DNA of 63,025 nt, filler included, from Octopus bimaculoides (taxonomy: Eukaryota), in the NCBI RefSeq assembly GCF_001194135.2. It is 4 parts of 4 records of this genome, joined end to end, with 100 filler letters (N's around TTAATTAATTAA, not from the genome) between each part and the next. Parts side by side here need not be neighbours in the genome. Positions count along the whole stretch, not along the records: positions 23,871 to 53,022 come from NC_068983.1; 3 more parts are not named here. One strand, written 5' to 3'. A program made the translations under genes and the position numbers. Each line of letters opens with the position of its first letter. The stretch's first letter is position 1. Shown here piece by piece: positions 24,188 to 35,892 of the stretch. The notes beneath the pieces are model-generated. The model had not been told where the DNA came from. It searched no databases and saw only the letters and a program-made list of their open reading frames with translations.

Positions 24188-25289
24188 TGTAATTAGAGTG
24201 ATAAACCTGAGAGAAATTTCATCCTTTCATATTACGTAGTTTGACCTTGGCATTTCAAAACAATTCTCAGTAATAAAATTCTAAATACATTTCTAGTAAA
24301 TAAGCTTTCTTTTGTAACATTATTTCAGTTTCTTTAGATCTACAATTAACAAAGGATTAAATATATATCCCCATAGAACAGATAGCATTTCTAAATTCAA
24401 ATCCATCTGCTTCAAAGTTCCCATCTTAATCTACATCATTTAATTACTAAGATATAACTCTATAAAGTTTGCTCATATAAAGTTCCATTTTGTCCATTCT
24501 TTACTCCTAGAATTATGGAATTTTTTTCTAGTATTGATGCTTTTCACCTTCGTAGTTCCACACATTGTATTCCATGGATATATACTGACTATAGTCAAGT
24601 GAGCAAGCAATCTTTTCTTTGAATGTGTTTAATTATCCCCAGTCACCATTTGCCATATGATAAAGTAAAGATGGCTAAATCTATGTGAGAACCAGATATT
24701 TTTATATCCTACAAAATTAATGAGGCAGGTCATAAATGCAATAAAATGGCTATCAATAATTTTATAAGAATTCAGAAAAATTGTAAATTAGCAAAATATT
24801 TTCCTGAACACATGCGGAGTATTCATTAGGAACTAATAACTTAGACATATAATTAATGCTATATAAATATAGTAATGAGCCAATTACAAATCTGATATGT
24901 TAATAAGCTACTTCAGTTATGAGCAGTGGCAGACTGGTCAGGTTGCCAGCTTACCCAATGGCAAGTGGGCCCCTGTGCCATTAGAATCCATATATGGGGG
25001 CCCATGTTAGAATCTAAGAGGTCCATCCCCTCAAGTTTGAGAATATTTTATTCACTCTTGGAAGAATGCATTAATTATTTCAGCCTGGCTGTGTTTGTAG
25101 ACAGTTGAAAAGAATACTGTTAACAAATAAAAAAAATTAAATTATAGCATTGTAGTTGTGAGTGGGCCCCCTTGTAGTTGTGGGTGGGCCTCCTTAGTCT
25201 CCTGACAACCAGTATTTTGAGACCCAGTCCGCCACTGGTTATGAGTAATGACTATAACATCATTCTGTTCATAAATTATTATCAACAAT

Positions 25290-26335
25290 TAGAAGCTTTG
25301 ATTTCAGAAAACTGCTATCCGAAGGGATCAAAGGATAAACAAAGACTCCAAAGGGGAAAAATCGTGCATCACCTACACCAAAACGAAAATACGCTAATGC
25401 AATGTGCACTCCTACCCAAAACCAGCCATAGCCAGATGCCCTCATGAAGTCTGCAGCTGAGCAACAATCTTCTTTTATGCATGGCACAAATTATTGTACA
25501 GAAACGGACTTGGCTACACCAATTTCAGAATCGGAGCCAACCACACCAACATACACTGCATATGGATTTAGGGCAGCTACCAATGGCATCAGCACAGATG
25601 TGACAACTATACTCTTTCTAAACAACTCAATAACAGAACCAAAATTCTCTTCCTGAGAGACCTTATGGCATGCAATCAAGCCTTGTGCATAGCGAGAGAC
25701 CTTATGGTATACAATCAAGCCTTGTGCATAGCACTCGCCGAAACGTACCTAAAACTCGACATCGTAAATGCACAAATATACATACCAAAGTATGTTATAT
25801 TGCGAACCGATAAAAAAGACAAGAGCGATGGTGGCGTTGCAATGTATATCCGTGGAGACCTCATGGCTTAGTTCCTTTTGTCATACTCAAACTCGGTGTG
25901 TGGTACACCAATTGTACATATATAATAATTCGATATAGTGGTCCTCTCAGACATGCCCTCCACTACTCACATAGCCACCCCTGCTAGCTATGCAGACGAT
26001 ACAATAGTCTCTCAGACGATACAGAACCCTGATGATAGTGCGCAACTGCAACAGGAGTTGGACACAATATACAGGTAGAATAAGGACAATAACATGCAAT
26101 TTAATGGTGGAAAACTTTTAGCACTGCACTTCCAGTATGCGAAGCTGAATGAAGTGCAGATAAGACACTCTGGTCCAGGAGGAATTGCAACCCCTGAATC
26201 AAAATCAGTTCGCGACCTGGACTTTGACATGAGTAATCATGCATCTTTCCAGGTGCATATTATTGCGTTGGCAATAAAATGTAGGTGGTTGGCTGGTTGG
26301 ATCCTTAGAACTTTCAGAACGAGGAAGCAGGAAAA
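25290..26335 (+). mobile_element. CR1-group LINE with internal deletion (ORF1 piece, APE N-terminus, RT C-terminus)
   Basis: IALAETYL..IPKYVILRTD...GGVAMYI (APE) joined to YADDT, MQFNGGK, VRDL..MSN, KCRWLAGWILRTFRTR (RT); 39-bp tandem duplication at 25655-25732. Confidence 0.85.
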
Positions 26336-26443
26336 CTTTGTTTGGTCTTGTCGATGATGGACAAGGGCGAAATCACGTGATCCGGTGGTCTCGGCGCGGG
26401 AAGTACCCGGGCTTTACTATCTATATCTTTCTTTCTTCATTTC

Positions 26444-26500
<57 letters not shown>

Positions 26501-26503
<3 letters not shown>

Positions 26504-26677
26504 GCAGTCAAATCCTGACTCTAAAACCACAATAAATGTCCACATAGCATGAGTAGCGAAGACGAAGACCAAATAAACCAGTACTTGTTATTTTTACTGG
26601 TTTATTTGGTCATCGTCTTCGCTACTCATGCTATGTGGACATTTATTGTGGTTTTAGAGTCAGGATTTGACTGCTAT
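26501..26677. repeat. Near-perfect fold-back inverted repeat (83-bp arms, 11-nt loop)
   Basis: 26501-26583 is the reverse complement of 26595-26677 with one mismatch (gaagacc/gatgacc). Confidence 0.95.
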
Positions 26678-26814
26678 TTTTCAGCGTGGTGGTATCTCTT
26701 AGATACCCTGTATTATAATTTAAAATAATTATTACCTTTGATGGTTTTTATTCCCATGCTGACCACTTGATAAGATCAATATTTTAAATATCGATCTTAT
26801 CCTTATTTATATAA

Positions 26815-26845
<31 letters not shown>

Positions 26846-27149
26846 CACACACATTTATATATATAACATACATATAATACACACATACATAAATACGTAT
26901 ATATGTAGGCATATATATAGTCACATATCAGATGAAATTTAGACAAGATACGAATATATGTTTGCGTTTATCTTTCCTTCACATAAGGGCATCGTTCTCA
27001 AAACAGAATGTAAATATACATGTTATCGTTACAAATGGGATTTGATTTATTTAGCATATACTTCTATGACTGGAAAGGGAGTTAAACATTTCCCATACAT
27101 TCTGAACTAATCCTATTTTACAAAAACAGCTTACTATGCTAAAATACCA

Positions 27150-27350
27150 GAATGGTAAGTTTGGCAGAGAAGATAATCTTGCAGTATTTATTCCAGTTCT
27201 TTTTGCTCTGAGTTCAAGTCCTGCCGGGATCGATGTTGACTTTCATCCTTCAGAGGCTGAGGAGATAAAGAAACTAGTCAAATACTGGTGTCTGTGGAAT
27301 TTACTAGCTCCACTTCTCAAAACTACTGGCTTTGTACATGATTTAGAAAC
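27150..27350 (+). mobile_element. SINE family A, old copy
   Basis: ggcaga...ctgagttcaagtcctgccgggatcgatgttgactttcatcc. Confidence 0.65.
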
Positions 27351-27599
27351 ATGAATTATTCCTTAATAGTTTTGGGGCTTTTTTTTTCTCCTAGGAAACT
27401 GATCCCCTGATATACAATGATACTCATTATAGATGTTTTGTGTTTCTTCATTACTTTTTTCCTGCATTTCAAAGATATTCTAGAATTATCACATTGCTTC
27501 TCATGAAATATGTCAATGATATTTTTTATTTATTAACTTTATAGTTATCATATGAAGACATGAGATTAATTCTGTATACATTTCTCAGTATTTAAACAT

Positions 27600-27710
27600 A
27601 ATTATGCATCTAAGTAAAAAAGGGAATATGTTGAATAAAAGCATAAATAACTGATCCTCCTATATTTTCTTTTACCCAAAGTCAGGAACTTTCCAGCACC
27701 TCTTCGTGTA
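27600..27710 (-). mobile_element. Mariner terminal (TIR) remnant
   Basis: Reverse complement tacacgaagaggtgctggaaagttcctgactttgggtaaaag resembles a mariner 5' end after TA. Confidence 0.55.
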
Positions 27711-28090
27711 TGTCTGCGAAGTTCTTTGGCATTGAGGATGGGACTGATTACAGATTACGAAAAGCTATAAACAAATGGAATGAATATTTTTTATCTCTCA
27801 TTTCTTCTGAATCTGATTCATCATTATACTCTCCACTATTGGGATTTCTTGATTTTCAGATGCATGGTGATGTTAAACCATACCCTAACTTAATTACTGT
27901 CTTTTTGATACTCAAATACCATGCAAAGTGCTTACTATGAGTCTTGTTTGTTTCTTTGAATCCTTATTTCTAGTTTTATATCTATCTATATATTTATCTA
28001 TCTATCTATATATTTATCTATCTATCTATTTGTCTGTTTGTCTGTTTATCTTTCTGTTTATCTAGCTATCAATCCATCTATATATCTATT

Positions 28091-28094
<4 letters not shown>

Positions 28095-28185
<91 letters not shown>
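28095..28185. repeat. (TG)n microsatellite
   Basis: Direct; similar (CA/TG)n tracts at ~35800-35890, 53465-53570, 58710-58840. Confidence 0.95.
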
Positions 28186-28188
<3 letters not shown>

Positions 28189-28399
28189 CTAGACATCTCC
28201 AAGAATTATCCACGTGGTAAGTTATATTTACAACACAGAAGGACCCAAAGCTACACAAAAAAATGATCAGCTACAAGGGTAGTAATAAGCAGAATAGTCA
28301 TTTTCAACTATTAATAATAGAAACAAAAATGTAATTAAAATTACTTAAATGTGTATATTTAAACACAATCAGTAATTTACAAATAAAGTCACATTTTAT

Positions 28400-30120
28400 T
28401 TTGGAATATTGTCCTTAGTTCAAGTGGATTTCTGAAGCTTTGATCAAATTTTAAAAATGTCCTTCAGTTGGATCACTTGCACATTTTCACTTAGTTTTGT
28501 TGTTGGATATAACCTAGCATCAGCTGTTAATATTATCTTTAATTAATACAGTTGCTTTTAACTTTCTTTCATTGTATGTTTATGAGGTTCATTTCTTCCT
28601 GCCATCCATGCGTTTGAAAAATAGGTTTCATTGTTTTTAGGCTTGTTATTTGAGCAATATTAACATTTTCAATTCATGTTTTGTTTCACTTGCCATAGTA
28701 CCTGAATTGTCTTGACTCATTTTATCATATCGTCTATCAAGAATGGTGTATAATGCTATTCAACCAGTTTATATTCAAGTTCCTAGAGTCGTATGTTGCA
28801 GGTATATATATATATATATATTTAAGTCACAATTGTTCATTTATGAATATATATGTCTGCCTCTATTCAGATGTTGATTTGATTAGTAAAATATCTAAAA
28901 TGGCAGTTTCTCTTGACTATATTCCATTGTGAATTCAATGTTGTTATTTATTCCCTCAAGTAGCATTTCATTTTTTCTGTTTTCATTCCAAAGAATAAAG
29001 CGATCTTCAAGAAATAATTTCAAGTTTTTCTTATATTTTGATGCAAAGAATTCCAGTATTTTCTTAGCAATTCTCAATCCATTTTACTCTCTAAATATTC
29101 TATGAGTAAATTTGCGTGATCTGGAGCTACTGTTGGGAATATACAGTTCCAGATTTTTATCAGTAATAGTTGACATCAAACATGAAACATCTATTTTAGA
29201 GAAGGAATTTTAGTCGTTCATCATTTAATTCTTTTTCTGTTTGTTCTTCAAATATTTCTGCATAATTATCCAACCAGAATTTTATAGTTTCTATCCATAA
29301 ATATAAGGGATGTTTATATACAGTTTAACCATATCAAAATATATAATAATAATTGTTGTTTGTGCATCGCATCATTTTTAGGAAACTGGTCTAATACATC
29401 AAGATCAGTGCTCCTCAACTGGTATGCCACGAAACGATGCTAGGTGTGCCACAATGTAACCTGAATATATTATTTTTCCTTCTAGTTATATTTTTAGTTC
29501 AGGTGTACCGCCGAATTTTGAAAAGATTTTAAGTGTACCGCAAGTGAAAAAAGGTTCTGGAGCATTGATCTAGATAGATGCTTATGAATTTTTTAATGAG
29601 TTATAAAATGGTTCAAATACGATGTCTAAACGAATTACTAGATTGTAGGCTTCACATATTGGAATTGTTATAATTGGTCTTAATTATAAGTCATTTAATG
29701 AAGAACTCTATTACATGTGTTTGTAAATTCTTTTTGTGTTCTGATATTTTGCCATTCTGTATTTTTGGTAAGCCATAGAAAAAGCTAGATTTGCATTTAA
29801 AATTAGTTAAGTGATCACATTCTATGTTTTTGGTGTAAGTGAAATGAGGTTGTATAACATTTCTGCATCGTTTTCTTGATATGATTTTTATAATGTTCAA
29901 TTTCCTTCAATATGACTGAACTCCATTTATCTGCTTCTTTTGCTGTGAATTCATTATCCCTTTTCATTTCACTCGAGCTTTCTCATTCATTAGTACTGAA
30001 TCTTGACTTAATTCTTTATTTATATGGAAAATTTAAAAAATGGTCTCAAAAATTATCAAGTGTTTTATGTTTACATTGGCTGAAGAATAATTGATTTTGT
30101 TTCTAATTATCAATTTATTA
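28400..30120 (-). mobile_element. Degraded Penelope-like element (second subfamily)
   Basis: FYGLPKI, FLEDRFILW...INNNIEFTMEYSQEKLPF (RYLDD..W / FTME / LPFLD-like). Confidence 0.7.
29406..29567. mobile_element. hAT (Charlie-like) MITE nested in the PLE
   Basis: TIRs cagtgctcctcaac / gttctggagcattg; 8-bp TSD atcaagat / atctagat, close to the NTCTAGAN preference. Confidence 0.8.
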
Positions 30121-30269
30121 TCATTATTCTTATTAAATTCTTCTATAAGTGGCATTTTTCGACAAAAATTCCAAAATACTGAATTGAACTCACGATCGTG
30201 AGCTGGACACCCTAACCACTAAACCAAACATTAAACCTCGAGAAGGAACAAACAACAACACAATATATA

Positions 30270-30780
30270 TATATATTGTTTGTATTTGGGGATGGTCATG
30301 TTGCCAGTTTAGCCAATTAAAACACATGCACTATATGTTTGGTGTTCACTTGCTTCAGCTTTATTTTATATTAATTGTATTTCGGTCAGAGTTCTTTCCT
30401 CACACTTCTGTGACCTCATCAGTGGTCCTTTGCTTTCTGCTTTCTCTTTTGTGTGTCTCTCCTTATTAATGATCTGCCATTTTGTATTCCTAAATATATT
30501 CTCAAAGAAATCTGCACAAGGAATATACATTGCGGAGCTTACTTTCAAAACCGGTTTAAGCACATATTTGGTTGATTGCATGATAACAATTAAAACACAA
30601 TCTGCAAGCTGGTGGCTTCGCACACGTGAATTTTTTTCAGTCAAACTGGGATAGATGCCATATAGATAATAGAGAAACCTTAGTCTTCCAATTAAAACCA
30701 GATATATTCAAGTTGTTGTTTCGTCAATTACTCAAGCGTCATTCCGATGCATATATATGGTTTTGAAAGTAAGCTCTTCA
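30270..30780 (-). mobile_element. PLE 3' end and terminal repeat with hammerhead core
   Basis: Minus strand CUGAUGA-GGUCA...UGACC-GAAA at 30422-30380, after a degraded endonuclease-like tail. Confidence 0.55.
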
Positions 30781-31653
30781 TATGTATATATATAGATATG
30801 AAGCCTAATGGAAATATAACCAAGTTCAGCAAATTAAATTCTATGCAATAAATCTTTATAAACACATGATGTTCTCAAATAAGTGTCTATGATGATAGAC
30901 TTGCTGAACTGGAACAGAACTGATGTTAAGTGGCAATGGCAACAAGAGTACAAATAAAGCAATGATGTAACCTGTACATGGTTGGTCACCATGTTAAAAA
31001 TTGCAAATAATATACTAGCCTATTCATTATGCCACGTCATTAATAAAGTAAAGGATATTGTAGTCTGAGATGAACAATCTCTGAGAAGACAAGATGTTTA
31101 CAACCTAAATATGCTTGACCAGGAACGATATAGAACAGTAATGCTGTCACGATCAGCATCAACATCATTATCAATAGCAGTGACTTCAAAACTATTGTTA
31201 TTTTTCTAATGATTCTTCTTGTCAACATCATCACCAGTAATTATACTAATACAGCACGACTACAAATAGATAAACCACACTGTAATGGTAATCTAGTAAA
31301 TTGTAGTTTGATTGTTAGCATTGTATCATTATTTAAATGAGTTTGTGTTGAAATAAATTTTCTTCTATTCGTTTCAGCCATGCAGCTGTGATCATGCTGG
31401 AGCACAACTGTGAAAAAAGATGTGCCCCAGGCGAGGACTGAACTCATGAACTTCATATACTTCCGTTTTCACGCATTGGGCACATGAATATAAGGATGTG
31501 AGTTCAATTCTTGGACTGGGTGACGTATTAATAGTTTTCTGAAAAGAAGAAAGTCACTGTTGTCAAATGCATAGCTAGAAGTAGAGCCAAATCACCATCA
31601 GATCTCACCCTGGTTGCTTTTTATGTAAAGGGAAGAACTAATTGAATAATGTA

Positions 31654-32990
31654 TGTTTTTGTGGTAAGAGTCACGGCACCCACTGCGAAAATTGACTGAC
31701 CAAACGACTATAAATAGTAGCAGTCTAAGTGAGATAAGGAGAGGTTAGACGTTAATCACAGGAAGTAGTAAGGTGTTGTTTTGGTAGTTGTCGGAATATC
31801 GTTTGTTGCTCCGTGTATAATTCGTGGAGAGTTTGCTGGCTTGTTACGTTGTTGTTACCCTGCTTCGTTATGTTTATTGCTACTACACGATCATAGTATC
31901 GTCGTAACAACTGGTGATACAATAATATTGGCGTTCAGGATTCGAAGTTCACGCAGGTCAGTTAACAAACTTTTATAATACAAAGTTGTTAATTATGGAA
32001 GACCTATTGGCTTCTATAATTCAGTTGCAAAAGCAACAGCAACAGGGGTTTCAGAAACAACTACTACAGCAACAAGAAAAACAAATACAGTTAATGGAGC
32101 TATGTTTTAAGAAGTCCGGAAACATTATAAGTTCCTTTTCACCAGACGGCGTATCGAACTCTATAGCATAATTCAGTTATAACCCAGGGTAGGGTATAAC
32201 GTTTGCGGCGTACTTCAGTAGGTACAAAGAAAGCTTCAGGGAAGATTGCAAGTCGTGGACGGACGAAGAATAAGTAAAACTATTACTATATAACTTAGCT
32301 CCGCCAGAACATGAAAAATATTGTAATTTTAGTAAAGTTTATTTGCCAACAGAATGTGGCAGTCCTATAAAGGACGATGTTACTGTTGTTTTAGCTCTAG
32401 AAAAACATCTTTTCCTTACACGGATACAAACTGTGTGTCGATAGTCAGCTGGAAAAGATGTTTTCCTGGGGCTAAAACAGCAGCAACATCGTCATTTATA
32501 GGACTGCTACATTTTGTTGGCAAATAAATTTTACTATTCGGTATTGTTACTGTATATCTCTTGTTCAGAGATTTAAACTAACTGGGTTTTTTTTCTCTTT
32601 ATTGTAATTTTATACTACCCCAAAAAATTAGCTAAATTTGTTTCCAGGAAACAGTAGAATTACTATTAAAATGTTCAGTGATAAGATTTAATTTCCTACG
32701 GAATTCGAAATCTCAAAAGAGGTGATGTTGTGGCAAGAGTCACGACACCCCCTGCGAGAATTGACTGACCAAATGACTATAAATGGAGCAGTCTAAGTGA
32801 GATAATAGCAGGAAGTCGTAAGGTATTGTTTTTGGTAGTTGTCAGAATATAGTTTATTGGTTTGTGTATAGATTGTGGAGAGTTTGGTAGGTTGTTAGGT
32901 TGTTGTTACCCTGCTTCGTTATATGTTTATTGTTACTACACGGTTATAGTGCAAAAATATATAATCATAACAATTGGTGATACAACAGTA
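31654..32990 (+). mobile_element. Internally deleted Gypsy element: LTR-PBS-gag 5' part-PPT-LTR
   Basis: Similar LTRs ~31654-31927 and 32726-32990; PBS tggcg at 31929; gag MEDLLASII...FSYNP..ITFAAYF..Y...DCKSWTDEE...HEKYCNFILP; PPT-like aaaagaggtga before LTR2. Confidence 0.85.
32331..32611. mobile_element. Hairpin-containing insertion with 12-13 bp TSD inside gag
   Basis: TSD tattgtaatttt at 32319-32330 and 32600-32611; removal restores KYCNFILPQK; arms 32330-32415 / 32451-32536. Confidence 0.85.
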
Positions 32991-33134
32991 TTCATTGAGA
33001 CATATCAAATGACTGGAACATCTTTGATCAAAGACCTACTCAGTTGGCTAAGCAGTAACAGCAACAACTTCAAAATATTACAATGAATTTTTATATGAAA
33101 CAAAGATGGTCACAACAGAATTTGAACACATATC

Positions 33135-33345
33135 CTTTTCTGCTCTAGGCACAAGGCCCGAAATTTTGAGGGAGGGGGCCAGTCGATTAGATCAACCCCA
33201 GTATGCAACTGGTACTTAATTTATCGACCCGGAAAAAATGAAAGACAAAGTCAACCTCGGCAGAATTTGAACTCAGAATGTAGACAGATAAAATACCGGT
33301 AAGCATTTCACCCAGTATGCTAACGTTTCCGCCAGCTTGCCACCT
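33135..33345 (-). mobile_element. SINE family A
   Basis: Full-length reverse-complement copy. Confidence 0.85.
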
Positions 33346-35798
33346 TAGAATTTGAACACATCAACAAGGAACTGAATACTGCATTTAGTCTAGCACTCTA
33401 TATCTCTTCTTCATTAGCAATATTGCATTACTGAAAACTAGGTATTTAGATTTACTTATATGTCTCATTCTAATAAATTCCTCTAATTCTCTTTATGCTT
33501 TCGTTTGAATGCAGTTAGTCTACATAGAATTGAAATGTCGAGAATTTTCATGCTAGGATATGAGAATGAGGCAAGAAAGAGATATCATCCAGCTCAAATA
33601 AAGCAATAAACTACACTTTAGATTTTCAGAATATTAAGGAGAGGTGTTATAAGTTTTCGACTCTCCTGGCTAAGATTCTTGTTGATTGCATGGTAAATTT
33701 ACATATAGAATGGTATCTATTCTCAGTTAGGAAGATTGAAGAAAGTATTAAATGCTTTGCCTAAGGATATCCAAATATGATTACAGTGGAATAAAAACTT
33801 AGTCGCTGACATCCAATATTTTGGTTGGTATAATCTTCTGTTGATAGCCGAAGAAGGGATTTTACATACATGGATACATATGTTTGCGTGTGTGTGTGAG
33901 TGAGTGAGTACATACACACATACACACACACACACACATATATATTCATATATTTATATGTGTGTGTGTGTGTGTGTACAAATACATACACACACATATA
34001 TGTATGTATGTATTGATAGATAGATAGTGGGGGGAAGAGTGGTAGGAAAACCATCATTGCTACAAACTTGTTTGTGAGTTTATATTCATGAATTCTTTTG
34101 CTTGATCACGAAACAATCTATGAAACATGATTATCATTGGCATTTAAACTAATCTTTCCAGTTATGTATGGTAACTGATAAATCACCATTTTTAACTCTT
34201 CTTGCCGCTGCAACTCTTTGTAGACAAACAACAGATAAATGTTTTAGGTTTTGCAAACTATTATTAGTATTTGTTACATATTAAACTCTCCCAAAACATT
34301 ACTCGCATTTATCATCTCAAAATTAAGCAACATTATAATGACATTATTGGTCTCATCACAAACATGCTTTTTTCAAAAATAAAATAATCTGAAATGCTAT
34401 TTATGAATTTATATTCATGTTGAGGGTTAGTGACAGGAAGAGCATTTTGCCATAAAATCATACCTAAAATCAATTCTTTCCAAGAAGTGCTAGTGTGCAA
34501 AAAAGAATGTAAATTACTCAAAAAATGTAGACCATGTCAAAGACAAAATCCCAGCACTTCTGAAATGAAATTCATAATATTTTCCTTTATCTATATTTAT
34601 TTCATTTATATATTTTCCGTCTGTAAAAAAATTATTTTTGAAAAAAAGGAAAAAAGAATATACATTTGTTTCAAATATCAGAACTGAAAGGAAAAATATT
34701 AGAAAAAAAAACCCATCTTAATTGAATTTCAAACCAGAATCAAAATTTAAAAAAACAGAAATTAAATCTAAAATGATAAAAATGTTTCATTTACTGAAAG
34801 TTTGAATTTATGATTTTAGACAACTGATACCTGGTCTCAGCTAGTATGTCTTATTTATATCAGTTCCAAGTCAAAGCGGTTTTAAAAATGATCTTCAGTA
34901 GATATTTTTATACCTAAAAGCCTGAAATCAGTGATTAAATAAACACTTCTTACATATCAATCTTTGCTTCTGAGCTTTTGAAATTTACCATAAATAAAAA
35001 AAAACACAAGAAACAGTTAAGCAGTTGGGAATTTAAATGTTTCACAATTTTTCTCGGTTAAAACTTGTTCTTATTGAAATCTAGTAGTGTTCATATTCTT
35101 TGTAAATAGGTGAGAATGAGTATGAACAGGCAAAGAAATTTGAATTAAAAATGGTTTCTATATCCATAAGAGAAGTGGTAAGAGTGGATATGAAGTTTTT
35201 GTCTACTAGCTTTTATTGGACTATAGTACATTTGAATCCATCATATTTTCATATAGTCTCTGGTACATTTGTTTTGTGTGAGGCAGTTTGAGCTATGTTG
35301 AATGATAATTAGTTGTATGGTAAGTTCTGGTGGCAAATTATAATAGAAGTCTTTTTATTTTTTAAGATTAGGGGTGTGTTATTGTTCAGTGTCCAATCAT
35401 GCATGTAAAAATGCTGACTAACTAACTTTTCCACCCATTTCCATTGTGTGAATCCTAAAAAAACAACACCACAGCCTGAAGCTGACACACATATATAGAC
35501 ACACCTGATTACAGATATAACATGACAGAACTCTGAATAATAACACAATTACAACTTTAAACAAGTAAAACCTTCTATAATGTCTTTCTATCAGAACATA
35601 CACTGCTGCTGAATTATTATTAAATATAACTCAACCTATCCCAGAAAAACAGAAGCTAAGGTGAACTCAAATGTGCCACTGTCCAAAGAAGCCTAATGGG
35701 AAAACTACCTATTCCCTATAGAAAGTATTTTATAATAATTCAGTTAAATGTAAAATTGTTTTTATTATAACCTTACTTAGAAACAAACATTAATGCAT

Positions 35799-35892
<94 letters not shown>

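Noticed and set aside
26650-26665. gttttagag resembling a type II-A CRISPR repeat start
   Set aside because: Single occurrence in a hairpin arm; no repeat-spacer array or cas genes
27710-27940. 76-aa ORF with an internal acceptor-like tttcag
   Set aside because: Start abuts a mariner TIR; no convincing donor and no recognisable homology
34518-34559. 42-nt minus-strand exon-like segment (tttcag ... gtaatt)
   Set aside because: Too short to distinguish from chance; its open frame is phase-incompatible with the 36128-36220 candidate
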